From Octopus sinensis (lineage: Eukaryota): 64,000 nucleotides of DNA. The position numbers and the translations under genes were made by a program. The notes beneath the pieces were generated by a model. It saw nothing but the letters and a program-made list of their open reading frames with translations. It was not told the origin of the DNA and did no database searches. Numbering within the stretch: position 1 is the first letter of the stretch; every line of letters begins with the position of its first letter. Below, in pieces: positions 11,538 through 24,038 of the stretch. Where the stretch lies: assembly GCF_006345805.1 (NCBI RefSeq), contig NC_043007.1, positions 72,602,001-72,666,000 on the forward strand. Direction: 5' to 3'.

Positions 11538-13704
11538 GTATGTTATTTTGTTTTGATTTTGATAAATCCTTATTTTTGTAGTTCCCAATTAGAAGGATTT
11601 CTGACATTTCAAACAAGCCATGCTAGTTAACAAAATACTGCTTACTTATAGATTACTATACATTTATTTCCATGGGTTACAGGAAATTTTGCCATAAACA
11701 TTTTTGCCTTAGGAAAATTCATCTTTAAAAAAATAAATTGCAAAAAATTAGAGAAAGGTAATTGCTTTAAAATGATTTATCTTGTTTACAGTCTGCTTGT
11801 GTGGCTCTTACAGCCAAATTTTTTACGGCTGAAATGTTAATGGTGAATTTTCTGGACACAATTTCTATGGTGCCTGTTTTCATTTACGATGGTTGAGCAT
11901 GTGAGGGTTAGCTGTTTTTGTCATTGCTTCATATGTTATTCTAGAAGTGGATTTGGCTTACTGAATTTGCTTTAAGATTGAAACAAATATATGGGAAATT
12001 TCCTTTTTAAACTGACTACAAATTCCATATTATCTCTAAAGAGACTATATAGCTAATTTACTGACTAGTTAAGACATCATTGCAGTTAGTGATATAATTT
12101 TAAGTATGAAACTGTTGGTTGAAAATATTCTTCTGGTTCAGATATTAATCTTTTATACAATCATTGGCTGTTTTATATGCATTGATGTTAAATTTCTCAG
12201 TTGTCCATTTGTGTATTGATCTGAGACTCTTCAAATGGGAAGATTTGAATGCATTAATAATAATACTTTTTTTTAATTGACTATATTAATTAATTTGAAT
12301 CTATATTTCATATATTTTATACTTACCTTAAATGGGATCATCATTCAACGTCCGTTTTCTATGCTGACATGGGTTGGGTGGTTTGACAAGAGCAAGCAAG
12401 CTGGACAGCTGCACCAGGTTCCATGATCTGTTTTGTCATGGTTTCTATGGTTGTATGCCTTTCCTAACACCAACCACTTTACAGAGTATACTGGGTGCTT
12501 TTTTTTCATGCCACTGGCACTGGTGCTTTATACATTGCATTAGCATAGCACAGGTGTTTTATACATGGCAACAGCACAGGTGCATTTTACATTGCACAAT
12601 CATGGGTGCTTTTTACATGACACCAGCATGGGTGCTTTTTATGTGACACTAGCACAGTAACACGGATGGTTTAGCAAAAACATATTTGTGTAAGTAGTCA
12701 GAGTGAGCTTAATGTGTGGGGTAGTGGAGATGAGTGGCATTAGGTATAACAAAAAGAGAGGCTTGAGTTATTAAGTGAAGCAAAGCAGAAGTGTTGTGTT
12801 AATTATTAACTTGAAGAAACAGTAACTATTATAGAAGTGGTGTATTCGTGAGCCAGTAGTAGTAGTGAGTTGTTGACAATCAGACAGCATTCGGGAAGCT
12901 GTGATGGGGGATATGACTACAGACTGTTTGTGCACTCTTGCAAATATGTGAGCAGTATTGTAATATGGTTTGTTGTATAGAGATAGGTGGGTACTGCCTC
13001 TCACACTATCTGATGTGGCGTGCCGGTAGTTTTTTTTTTTTTTTTCCAATGTGCCTGGGACCAGTTATATTTCTTAGTAATATTAATTTATACTGGAAAC
13101 AATATATATAATGAATATAATAAAAGTTGACAATTTTTTTTCGTCTTATATTTATTTTGTAAACAGATAATACAATATTAAGCATTTTATGATATTTCTT
13201 TCTTTTCTGGAAACTCGCTGTGTACCTGCAGCTGATGGCTTGCAAACCACCACTTTGAGTAGCACTGGTATAGAGAATCAGTAAATGTGTGTAAGATTAT
13301 GAGCAAAGATCTTCAGAAATTGTGAAAACTTTTATAGAGAATGTGAACAGTTTTTAATGACTCAGGCATGACTATGTAACTTGTTTTTAATTGTTTAATA
13401 GCAACTCCTTGCCTTGAGTCCTAACAGACCACTAGTGTCCAATTTGCTAGAGAGCCTTCCAAGCATGCAGTGGACTGATTGACCACAGCTGGACAGACCA
13501 TGCCCTGTCTTCTCTCATGTGATGTCCTTGGTCATCATTAACAAGGATGGATGATATAATAATAATAATAATAATAATTGTTTAATGACTCCAGTATTAC
13601 TATATATTGCTTTTAATTATTTATTGCTCCTATAAATTAAAACGTAACAACTGTTTGAGGGTGGCTGAAGATTTATTTATTTGTTTTTTTTCCAAACATT
13701 TTAG

Positions 13705-13755
13705 ACTAAAAACCGACCCGTCAGTAATGGGCTTCCACCAACTCCAAAAGTTCAT
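13705..13755 (+). CDS. MAP4K3: MAP4K3/5-like exon TKNRPVSNGLPPTPKVH
   Basis: ttttag/GTAAAT sites; matches the conserved PISNGLPPTPKVH that precedes the CNH domain. Confidence 0.95.
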
Positions 13756-15223
13756 GTAAATAGGAATTTTTTTATTCTATTCGTTTTATGTGTACAATGT
13801 AGTATATTGTGTAATTCTGAGAACCTTGTCATAAAAAAATATGAAATGCTAATGACATAGCTGTTTAGATTATTAGATCAAGATGACTTAATAATTAAAA
13901 CTTCAAGCAAAGATATAACAACTTGTGGCATGATATTTAAATCTTCCATAGAATATTAACTTTACTGCATCATACATCTAAGAATGTCAAAAAGTGTCCA
14001 AGTTCTTGGTCTGGTCAATTTATACATCACCCATGAATCGTGCCTGAAAGTAAAATGCACATTTAAAAAATTTTCTTCATAATTAACTGCATTTGTATTT
14101 CATCATCACCATTTAATGTCCATTTTCTGTACTGGCATGGGTTGGATAGTTTGACAGGAGCCAGTATGGCAAGGTTCCGCACAAACCCCCATTGCCTGTT
14201 TTGGCATGGTTTCTATGGCTGGATATCCTTCCTAGCACCAACCAATTCACAGGGTGCTTTTTTTTTTTACATGGCATTAGTACCAGTGCTTTTTATGTGG
14301 CACCAGCACCAAACAGGGTCACCAGATTTTTTTTCTGTTCTCTGCAGTACAAGTAATCAAAGGAAGAAATCATATTAACTCTGCAGAAATGTCCCATGTA
14401 GATTAACTGTAATTAGTTCAACTCTTTAGCATTCAAAACAGTTATATCTGGCCCAAATATTCTGAAGTTGCATTCCAATGTGGTCTGTATATATCATATA
14501 TGAAGAATCCTCTCAGTAAAGCAGAAGTGTGTCACCCTTACTTGTTCAGCTGATTGTCCATATGTTGTAAGCCTGCTCAATCAGAACTGATCTCAAGCTA
14601 CTCAACATTTGAGGTTCAAAGAGATACATGTACTAAGAAGCTAAATGTATTTTCTAAGACAGCAAATTATTGATTTAAACCCTGGACCCAGAGTCTCTTT
14701 GAAACTATGCTAGCTGTTGCAAAACCTTGTGTATTTATTGATGTAAGCCAAAAAAATATGATAATTCTGCATCAAAGTATAATGAAAAAAATTAAACACT
14801 TGAATAACATGACATTTAGTTCTAATTGAAACTGCCTTTTCCCCGTTGTCGTATATTATAACCATCACAGTCTTTTGAGCAGCATTGTAAACATTTCCTG
14901 TAATGTAATTTGTTGCAATGTATATATTTAAGATTCACACCACCCCCATCAATACTTCAACTTTTTCATTTTGTGTGTCCATTAAGGTGTGTTAAAAACA
15001 TCAAAAAAACACACATGGCATAGTGGGTGGGATTTCAAACAAATGTATTCACATAGCTAGTTAAACTAGTTATGTAAATAGTAACAATAGAGTAAGTCAA
15101 CAGCTTTCAATGACAAAGGCAAAAAAAAAAAAAAAGGCTCAGCTGCATGCATTGAGTGCTTTTATTCTCATAAATATATAGCAATGTATAATTATATGTG
15201 TATATCTCCAATTGCTGTTCTAG

Positions 15224-15308
15224 ATGGGTGCCTGTTTTTCCAAAGTCTTTAATGGCTGTCCACTTCACATAATTTGTACTGCCAGCTGGGTTCATCCAGA
15301 TACAAGAG
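15224..15308 (+). CDS. MAP4K3: CNH domain exon MGACFSKVFNGCPLHIICTASWVHPDTR
   Basis: ctag/GTTAGT sites; near-identical to MGACFSKVFNGCPL of MAP4K3/5. Confidence 0.97.
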
Positions 15309-16618
15309 GTTAGTTATATTTTATACCATTAGATATTGTTTAAATGTTTGTGTATATGCCACTTTTGGTCACTTTCAGCAATCTTTAAAGAGATGCACTA
15401 TGAAGAATTTATGGCCGTCCTGGTTAATCTGCTTCTTTGCTAATAACAGTACTAAAAGTGTAATTAATACAAAAAAGAAAAAAAGGAAAAAAAAATGTTA
15501 ATGAACACACTTGGTAACCTTGTCATCATCATCATCATTTAATGCCTGTTTTTCATGCTGGCATGGGTTGGACAGTTTGACAGGAGCTGGCAAGTCATAG
15601 AGCTACACCAACTCTATTTGTCTATTTTGGCGTGTTTTCTATGGCTGGATGCCTTTCCTAATGCCAACCACTTTACAGAGTGTACTAAGTGCCTTTTGTG
15701 TGGCACCAGCACTGGTGCTTTTTACATGGCTGCGGGGCACCAAGTGGCTTGCTAGACAAAGACTTCTCAGCTGAGAGATAATAGAGGGACAGAGATAGTT
15801 GTCTTACTATAGAGAGGATACTTGGCTACCCCAGTGGGACAGGGAAGGTGAGAGAATGGGATATTCCATAAAAGTGTGAGGGGAGATGTTTGGAGATGAA
15901 GAAGACATGACTGTAATGGTGAGAGAACATGGAGTGGATGGAAGGAGGGATATGGTAGACCATCATCATTTAATATCCATTTTCCATTCTGGCAGGGCTG
16001 GATGGTTTGACAGGAGCTAGTGTGGCCGGGGGATGCACCAGGCTTCAATTGTCTGTTTTGGCTTTGTTTCTATGGTTGGATACCTTTCCTAACACCAACC
16101 ACTTTACAGAGTATACTGGTTGCTTTTTTATGTGGCGCCAGCGCTGACAATCATTGAGTAACTTGCAAGACAAAATACCCTTCAACTGGGAGGGGTAGTA
16201 GTTGTGAGGCTATGTGCCAGCTGATGAGAAATTAGACATATAGAGGAACAAGGCCAGGTGTCCTGCTGCAGAGTAGATACATGAATACTCCAGTTAAAAA
16301 GAAAGGAGGTTGGGTTAGAGAGTGAGATAAAGAGGGCAGGTAGGTCAGTAGTAAGAGAAAGAGAGCAATAATGAGAGAGATGGTGGCAAAGATGTGTCAG
16401 GATATGCCCTCAAGGGATATCGGGGACAGAGAGAATATATGTAAATATTATACAGCAGACTTTAGCAGAATAAGTGGCTATATTTCAATCTCCAATTAGA
16501 GCAGTTATGTTTTATTTATATTGTCACTGTATTTGGGAACAGCATGAACATCACATCTTCCTATTTCCCATCCACCGAAATTATATGGTTTGTAAATAAA
16601 CAATATTTTCTACTTCAG

Positions 16619-16698
16619 ATCAGTACATACTAATAGGAGCAAACGAGGGATTATACACCCTTAATCTAAATGAGTTACATGAGTCGTCTCTTGAATTA
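16619..16698 (+). CDS. MAP4K3: CNH exon (D)[26 protein letters not shown]
   Basis: ttcag/GTAAGT sites, phase 1 to 0; homologous to [22 protein letters not shown]. Confidence 0.97.
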
Positions 16699-16820
16699 GT
16701 AAGTAAACTGCCTCATCATCCATATTTTATTTGTTTGTGTGTAAATTGAATGTGATAAAGCTATTTTGTAAGTGATTCAAGAACTCCTCTGATCGTATTC
16801 AATAAAAGAGGTAAAAATTA

Positions 16821-16892
16821 AGTGAGCACCCATCATTGAAGTAATTAGTCTCAAGACGACGTAACAAGCTACTTCAATGATGGGTGCCCACT
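16821..16892 (+). ncRNA. Pre-miRNA-like hairpin in MAP4K intron (candidate only)
   Basis: Arms gtgagcacccatcattgaagta (16822-16843) and tacttcaatgatgggtgcccac (16870-16891) pair 21/22; 26-nt loop. The hairpin is certain, its function is not. Confidence 0.35.
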
Positions 16893-17006
16893 GAAAAGAT
16901 TAATCCTTTCTCACAGCAAATGATTGAAGAAATAAGTGAATAATCACTGCAAATTTTTGTGTGATATTTTTTTTAAAATGTGTTATAAATTTGGTTCATT
17001 CTTGTA

Positions 17007-17842
17007 TCAGGTCATTCCATAAGTTCTGTCCGAATTTTGAATAAATAAAACAAGTGATCAAATGTTATATTTAATTGAAATTTAATCATCAATGTACTTT
17101 CCCTGATTATATCTATTTACAAGCTTTTTAATCCCATCAATGTAAAACTCTTTTGGTTTCAAAGCGAAGAACTCTGAAATGTCAGTTGCAACCTCCTCCT
17201 GGCTTGCGAAAGTTATGTCCCCCAAACGATTCTGTAAACTATGAAACAAATGGTAATCTGAAGGAGCAAGGTCAGGAGAATAAGGTGGATGAGGAATTTT
17301 TTCCCAACCAAGCTCTTCGATCTTCTGCGATTGTGTTCTTTGCAGTGTGGGGTCATGCATTGTCCTGATGAAACATCACTCCTTTTCGATTCACTGAAGC
17401 AGGTCTTTTTTTCTTCAAAGCTTGGTTTAAACGCTCTAATTGCTGACAGTAGACTTGAGCATTGATTTGTTGCATTAGGTGGTAACAAATCAAAGTGAAT
17501 TACTCCTTTGCAATCCCACCAGGTAGAGAGAAGAACCTTTTTCTCATGAAGTTTCCATCTCAGTTGTGGTTGAGTTTTTCCCCTTTTAGCAAGCTACTGT
17601 TACGACGTTTAACATCCATTTTTCATCATTTTAAATATCCATTTTTCATCACCAGTCACAAGTCTATCCAAAAAAGGTGAAATTAGTTCACGAGAATGGA
17701 GAGAAGAGCAGATGTCAACTAGTTTAAATGTACACAAATGCATAAAAATAATTTTAAATTCCATTAGACATTCTAAAATACTATTAAATTTCATTCAATT
17801 TTAAAAAAGGTAAAATCGGACAGAACTTATGGGATGACCTGA
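17007..17842 (-). mobile_element. Internally deleted mariner (Tc1/mariner) transposon
   Basis: About 30-bp TIRs tcaggtcattccataagttctgtccga / tcggacagaacttatgggatgacctga, TA target duplications, transposase motifs DRLVTGDEKW and HPPYSPDLAPSDYHLF. Confidence 0.95.
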
Positions 17843-18720
17843 TATATGTCAGCAACAGTGAAAATTAATACTGAATGTAAGATTATGTGGTATGATCCTC
17901 AGCTATAACATATGCTATAGCTCGAACATTTGACATGTGTGTCACATCTAGTCATTCTACTTCTGTATTCCATTTGTTGACTTGATCAGAACTTAAATGA
18001 GGCTGCTCAACAACACCATTAACATATTGACAGCACATTGTGTTTCAGTAGTTTTTATAACGTGAAAGTAAAGGCTGACTAACTGAGATAGTATATCTGA
18101 TTATTACTAACCAAATAAGTGGGTGATTTTGGCCTCATCACAAGTTCCATTTCTGTACCTTGTCTAAAACACTTCTCCCTTATTTTGATGCAAATAGCTG
18201 CTGTATCTCAGTACAGTTCACATCTCAAGTGTTTCTCAACCCTATTCCATATAAAATTTTGTTCTTAAAATTTATATGCAATAAATTGCTTATACATCTA
18301 CAATGCACAAAATATTTTAACAGTTTTTTTTTTATACAGTTCCTAATAATATGTAATTATAAAAATATAATGGGAATTTTAAAACATCAAATGGCTATGA
18401 GGGTCAACCTGAGGAAAATAGAAATCAAAAGGATCAGCAAATAGAAAAATGGTTGAGAACCACTGCGCCATTCAGAAAAATAAAAGCATTATTGTTAGTT
18501 TGTCGTGCTAAATTCACGACTTATGGTCATGAATATAAGCAATGAGAAGTTGCTTTAGTGTTTGACCTTGCGCCACAATTCCCAGTTGGGTAGCTTTCTA
18601 TTCCTGGCTGTAATTTATGGCTGGATTATATTCTGTAAAACTGTCGAAATATTACAAATTTTACTTTGTGGATTTGAAACTATTTCAGCAATATAATTTT
18701 CTGATTTTTTAATTTTCTAG

Positions 18721-18781
18721 CTGCATGCCCGAAGATGCATCTGGTTATATGTAATTAAAGATGTGCTTATGTCGATATCAA
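18721..18781 (+). CDS. MAP4K3: CNH exon LHARRCIWLYVIKDVLMSIS
   Basis: ttttctag/GTAGGT sites; homologous to LFPRRCTWLYVMNNCLLSIS. Confidence 0.95.
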
Positions 18782-19893
18782 GTAGGTATAATTTATATTG
18801 GCTTTTAATTTGTTTATTTAATTAGGATTTATTGTTTCAGTTGGTGGCATGCATTAATAATATTTATTTTAATTTTTGATTTTGTAAATATTTGAGTGAG
18901 TGTCTATGTATCATTTTAAATATTAGATGTGACTGTTGTTCAGAAATTCACTTGACCACCATGTTCAGTACTTCAGGTTGACCAATTTCTTGCAAGTGAA
19001 ATTTAGGAGACTAGAAACTGTGTGAAAGCCTTTTGTATATATACAATGTGGATTTGTATGTGTTTGTGTACATGTATTAGTATCTTTACTTATACACAGA
19101 CATGACAGAAATAAATTCCTTGATTATTCAGTTTTATGAGATTACATTGTGAGTTTAGGTCTCATTATAATCACCTTTACATTTCATCTTCTGAACTCAC
19201 AAAAATGCAGCCACTGTTGTATACATGTTTCAAAGGTTTTTATTAGCCTTGTATTGACATTAGATATTATCTCCTTAAACATCCAAAACTAATTGAAAAT
19301 CTTTGTTTCACTGTTATATATCTTAAAAAGAATTTAACTGATCTCATATTTATTGATTTCAAATTTGGCTCAAGGCCAGCAATTTCGGGGAAGGGTAAAT
19401 CGACCCTAGTGCTAACTGGTACTTATTTTATTGAGTCCAAAAGGATGAAAGGCAAAGTTGACCTCAGTGAAATTTCAACTAAGAATGCAAAATCAAATGA
19501 AATACTGCTAAGCATTTTTCCCAGCATGCTAACAATTCTGCCATTTGATCTAACATTTATTGAAAGGTACTTTAATATCATCATCATTTAACGTCCGCTT
19601 TCCATGCTAGCATGGGTTGGACGATTTTGACTGGGGGCTGGCGAACCAGATGGCTGCACCAGACTCCAATCTTGATCTGGCAGAGTTTCTACAGCTGGAT
19701 GCCTTTCCTAATGCCAACCACTCCGAGAGTGTAGTGGGTGCTTTTTACGTACCACCAGCACGGGCGCCAGTCAGGCGGTACTGGCAACGACCTCAGGCTG
19801 CTCTAAAAATTATAGTTAAAAGTAAAAATTTTATATACATATTTTTTTTTATTATTATAATTAATATTTCGTTTTTTAAATTTTCAACTTCAG

Positions 19894-19999
19894 GTAAAAC
19901 TCCTCATCTTTATCGGCATGATTTATTAATGCTACACAGTAAACAAACAAATAGGTTTTCTCTTCCAATGAATAAGATTCCAGAACGATTGGTTCCTAG
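19894..19999 (+). CDS. MAP4K3: CNH exon (S)KTPHLYRHDLLMLHSKQTNRFSLPMNKIPERLVP(R)
   Basis: ttcag/GTAAGA sites, phase 1 to 2. Confidence 0.95.
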
Positions 20000-20251
20000 G
20001 TAAGAAATGTGATGATTTATTATCTCAATATATTTGTTATCAGGCTTTCAGTTACTTTCATCATAAAATGTTGAAATCTTGAGATTGTAATTGTTCTGAT
20101 TAGTAATCATATAATAAAAACAAACAAAGCAAAACAAAAATGATTTATGAAAGCAATTTTGATAGAATTTTGATCTTTTAGTTTTTTCAAATGACTAATA
20201 TAGATATTGAAACACCCTAAAGGTTGATGCTTTTTTTAAAAATACTTCCAG

Positions 20252-20414
20252 AAAATTTGCTACAACAACCAAAGTTCCTGACAGTAGAGGCTGTATGAAA
20301 TGCTGTGTGGGAAGAAACCCTTACAATGGTTACAAATATCTATGTGGGGCTCTGTCCACAGGGATTATTCTTATGCAGTGGTATGAACCTTTGAATAAAT
20401 ATATGTTACTTAAG
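20252..20414 (+). CDS. MAP4K3: CNH exon KFATTTKVPDSRGCMKCCVGRNPYNGYKYLCGALSTGIILMQWYEPLNKYMLLK
   Basis: ttccag/GTTAGT sites; conserved CCVxRNPYxGxKYLCGAL motif. Confidence 0.98.
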
Positions 20415-20512
20415 GTTAGTCCTTTACTTATTTTGATTTCGTTTTCGTTTTCTTGAGACACCATCTGTAGATTATTTTCTTTGGTACAATTAATTATTTG
20501 TGTATATTGCAG

Positions 20513-20613
20513 ACTTTTGAATGTGATTCAATGCCGACGCACCTTGATGTATTTGAGATGTTCATATCTCCAGAATTAGAATATCCAATGATTTGTATTG
20601 GAGTAAGAAAAGG
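20513..20613 (+). CDS. MAP4K3: CNH exon TFECDSMPTHLDVFEMFISPELEYPMICIGVRK(G)
   Basis: ttgcag/GTGAGA sites; homologous to FEMLVVPEQEYPLVCVGV. Confidence 0.96.
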
Positions 20614-20867
20614 GTGAGATATCTTTCTCTAATTTTTTTTTTACATTTCATTAATTCTTGTTGTACAGCAAAGTACAAGGCAGCTGGACTTTGATAAATA
20701 CCATTTACTTAGCTATAAGTCATATTATTATACGCTTGATTTTAACTGGAGTGCAACTTAGACATGAAGCAAAGCCAAAACTATGGAGGGAAACCATTCT
20801 TTTTGTACAAATATTCAACACTAAATTAGAGGTGCCACTTAGACATGAGTAAATATCAGAAGTATAA

Positions 20868-21226
20868 TCTCTATATATAAATGGCAAAATGTCTGCGTGT
20901 GTGTCCTTTATACAAATCCACAATTTTTCAGTTAGAGGGCTCACACTTTCTATGGTCACTTTCAAAACCGTCCAAGGGTGGTCGTGCACATCTTTACATT
21001 TCCCCAGTCACCCCACAAAGCCATTAAAAAATAGAAGTGATTTTTGGTGAATTTTCTATCCAAAACCCAATCAACATGCCCGAAACTTGAAACGCCAATT
21101 GAATGCCAGCTAACTGTATGTGATTGGTTGGAGATTTGGACGGTACTCGCGTGTATATGCGCACGCACGCAGCTGTATATGCATGCACCAGCACTATGAC
21201 CTGGCGCTGCCAGGTCATAGTGCTAG
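20868..21226 (+). mobile_element. Non-autonomous Helitron
   Basis: a|TC 5' end (tctctatatataaatggc), perfect 16-bp hairpin at 21190-21224, 3' CTAG|t, inserted at an AT site. Confidence 0.75.
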
Positions 21227-21329
21227 TGTTTCTCTAAAAGAGAAGAGGATTTTAAAATATATTTCTGTCAATAGTTAAAGTAAAAACTTGAATAAATTTT
21301 GTTGCATTCTTCTGTATTGCCATCTCCTC

Positions 21330-21810
21330 TTCATCATCATTTAATGTCCACTTTCCATGCTGGCATGGGTTGGATGGTTTGACAGGAATTGGCCAGCTGG
21401 GGAGCTACCCAGGTTTCAGTAATCTGTTTTGACATGGTTTCTACAGCTGGATGCCCTCCCTAACACCAACCACTTCACAGTGTAATGGGTGCTTTTATGT
21501 GGCACTGACAGGCATGTTATGTCACCAGCACAAGCGTTTTTAATGTGCCACTGACATGGGTTTTTTTTAAGTGGCGCCAGCACAGGTGCTTTTAAATGGC
21601 TACTTTTAAGTGATGCCGACACAAGCAATTTTTAATGGCACCAGCATGGGCGCTTCTAAATGGCACCAGCATGGGAGCTTCTAAGTGGCACCGGCATGGG
21701 AGCTTCTAAGTGGCCCTGGCATGGGCGTTTTTATGTGGAATCAGCATGGGCACTTTTACATGGCACCTGCATGAGTGCTTTTTACGTGACACCAGCACTC
21801 ACATACCTCA
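21330..21810 (-). mobile_element. RTE-LINE 3' tail with expanded ~25-bp tandem array; similar tails at about 185-470, 3237-3370, 12340-12660, 14100-14320, 15525-15760, 15960-16200, 19580-19800, 27065-27310, 37640-37870, 38000-38140, 44590-44690 and 47395-47575
   Basis: Same sequence as the 3' end of the RTE at 58836-60270 (...ccaacccatgctagcatgga...gttaaatgatgatg); unit gtgcttttaNNtggcaccagcatgg repeated about 12 times. Confidence 0.8.
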
Positions 21811-21996
21811 TGGAGAAATATAATTTTATTCTAGTGTTTTTTTGTTCTTTTTACTGTACCTACCTATCTTTTATATGTTTTCTATTTCATTAATTGTATT
21901 TGAATGCTGTTTTTACATGTCAATGTCTATTGATGCGAGTTGAAAAAAATTAATATTATTTACTTATTAAAAAGAATTTATTTTTTGTAATTACAG

Positions 21997-22073
21997 AACA
22001 GAGAAGAATCATGTCAAATTTGATATAATCAATTTGAATTCTTCCTCAAACTGGTTTACTGGGAATTTTTCAG
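21997..22073 (+). CDS. MAP4K3: CNH exon TEKNHVKFDIINLNSSSNWFTGNFS
   Basis: ttacag/GTGAGA sites, phase 2 to 1; homologous to VRFETVNPNSTSSWFTE. Confidence 0.95.
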
Positions 22074-22310
22074 GTGAGATACTTTTCCACTGATTGTATC
22101 ATCTTCATAATCATTTAATGTCATCCATGGTCTATGCTGGCATATTCAGTTAAACTTATGTACAAATAGGTCTTGATATTTATAATTCTATGATGATGAT
22201 ATAACATCAAGATTTTCTTTCATTTTGAATTTAAAAAACATATTATACTCATCTCTGGTTTTCTATTAAAATTCTAACCTTGTCATTTATTTTCTTTGTA
22301 TCTTTTAAAG

Positions 22311-22376
22311 GGGAGACTTTACCTGTGGTGAATGTTACCCAGTTGGAGAAGGAATCAATTCTAGTTTGCTATGATA
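22311..22376 (+). CDS. MAP4K3: CNH exon (G)ETLPVVNVTQLEKESILVCYD
   Basis: ttttaaag/GTAAGT sites; homologous to VTHVTQLERDTILVCLD. Confidence 0.96.
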
Positions 22377-22509
22377 GTAAGTGTTGCTTTATCAGTAGCA
22401 GTTCTTTATTATTGCCATCATTTAAACTAATTGCTTTATTAATGATTTCTCTTTATATGTGTTACACTTCTAATAAAGGCAAATTATTTTGATTACCTCA
22501 GCCTGTCTT

Positions 22510-22860
22510 GAAAAGAATTAAGCAAGCATGTTCCATTGGATGTGCAGTATAGGTGCATGTGAACAACAATACGCATGTGATGAGAGAATAACAGAGCAAG
22601 ACAGGAATCAGATGCAATGTGCAAGAAAGGAGACTGCACTGCTTGTGGTCATGTGATGTGTATGAATTAAAGCAGCTGTATAAATCACTAAATATGTTGG
22701 AGTTTGTGGAAGAAGGGGACCCAGGAGGACATAGGACAAAATAATGAAGGCTGATCTCAGGACTTAAACTTCATGGAGGAGATTACAAGGGACAAGGATG
22801 ACTGGCAACATGAGGTTCTTTAGAAGACCCAAATTGACAAAACGAAGTTCTGGAAGCACT
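22510..22860 (+). mobile_element. Degraded RTE LINE 3' coding remnant
   Basis: Similar to the RTE C-terminus at 59230-59570 (atgtgcaagaaaggagactgc, ggtcatgtgatg, gctgatctcagg). Confidence 0.65.
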
Positions 22861-23345
22861 GTTTGTGTATATGTATATCTGCAGAACAGTCATCCAATTC
22901 CATCTTTTCCTAGATATCACTAAAATCTTTCTCACAATCCAGGGCTATTTCACTTGATACTCATCCCTCTCCTTAACAGTGTCCTCTTCATGCTCATTTT
23001 ACATACCCCCACCCCCATCACAAAGCACCCAATCATCTCACCTTCTCTATAACCATACAGTACCTTTTCAACAGTCTTTCTTTAAACTGGCCAGACCTGG
23101 CCTCTCTTGCCTGCTTTAAAATGTCATTCTAAAAATAAATAACATCACCGAAATTTCAAAGCTATTAGTTAATGCATGATTAATGCAAAACAATGTGAAT
23201 AAATAAGCATTAATTTGAGAGGGTAATCTGAATGATAAAGGATAAAATATATATATAATTTTTGTATGTTGCTTTGATAGATTTTATGTTTTGAAATATT
23301 AAATGTTTTCCTCAAAACTGGATTGGTTTTGATTTTATTCTTCAG

Positions 23346-23438
23346 AATATGTCAAGGTTGTGAATATGACTGGGAAATTAAAAGCTAGTCGGCGGCGAGC
23401 AGCTGAACTGCATTTTGACTTTCCTGTGGAATCTTTAA
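23346..23438 (+). CDS. MAP4K3: CNH exon (K)YVKVVNMTGKLKASRRRAAELHFDFPVESL
   Basis: ttcag/GTAAGA sites; homologous to IKIVNLQGRLKSSRKLSSELTFDF. Confidence 0.96.
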
Positions 23439-24038
23439 GTAAGACAAAGTTACTCTAGTCTTTCAGTTTAGAGCCTTTTAAACACTGCTTTGTATTTATA
23501 ATTTTTTTTTTTTTTTTTTTTTTAACTGTGACTTTATGATAAATGCAACTCTTTAAATATATGACATTGTAAGGATGGAAATATTTAACTAGATATTAGT
23601 AATTCTTTTCAATTACTAATAATAAATATAATAAATTACTATACACACAAACACACATGGAACTAATTCCAAAATAATAAATTTGATAAATCTTGAAAAC
23701 TGCCCCCCTATTTTAGATAAAAATTCAAAATCTAAGGAGATATTATCTTCAAACTACCTCTGCTGACATACCACATTGATCTCTTATTTAGTCAGTTCTG
23801 TTCTGTCTCCAACTATCTGGACACTTACTCTGTATCCACCCACTGCTACAACTTCCTCTCTCTATATATTTTAGTTCCAAGCAATGTCAGCATTTTCTGC
23901 AGTATGTCTTCACACCCTGAACTCACCTTACTCTCCCCCTTGATAATTTCCCTCTTCCAGATTATTCTTATAACTACAATAAAATCTCTTACACACTCAT
24001 CTTAATGATCACAGTAAACATATGACACCATCTATTAT

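Noticed and set aside
11868-11900. atggtgcctgttttc resembling the MGACFS exon start
   Set aside because: Short chance match; frame and splice sites do not fit, and the true exon is at 15224
12900-13015. Possible intronic C/D snoRNA (gtgatgg...ctga)
   Set aside because: C box imperfect, no terminal stem, no recognisable rRNA guide
18782-18790. Alternative donor after 18785 (agtag|gtata)
   Set aside because: Joining it to 19894 creates an immediate TAA; only the 18781 donor keeps the frame
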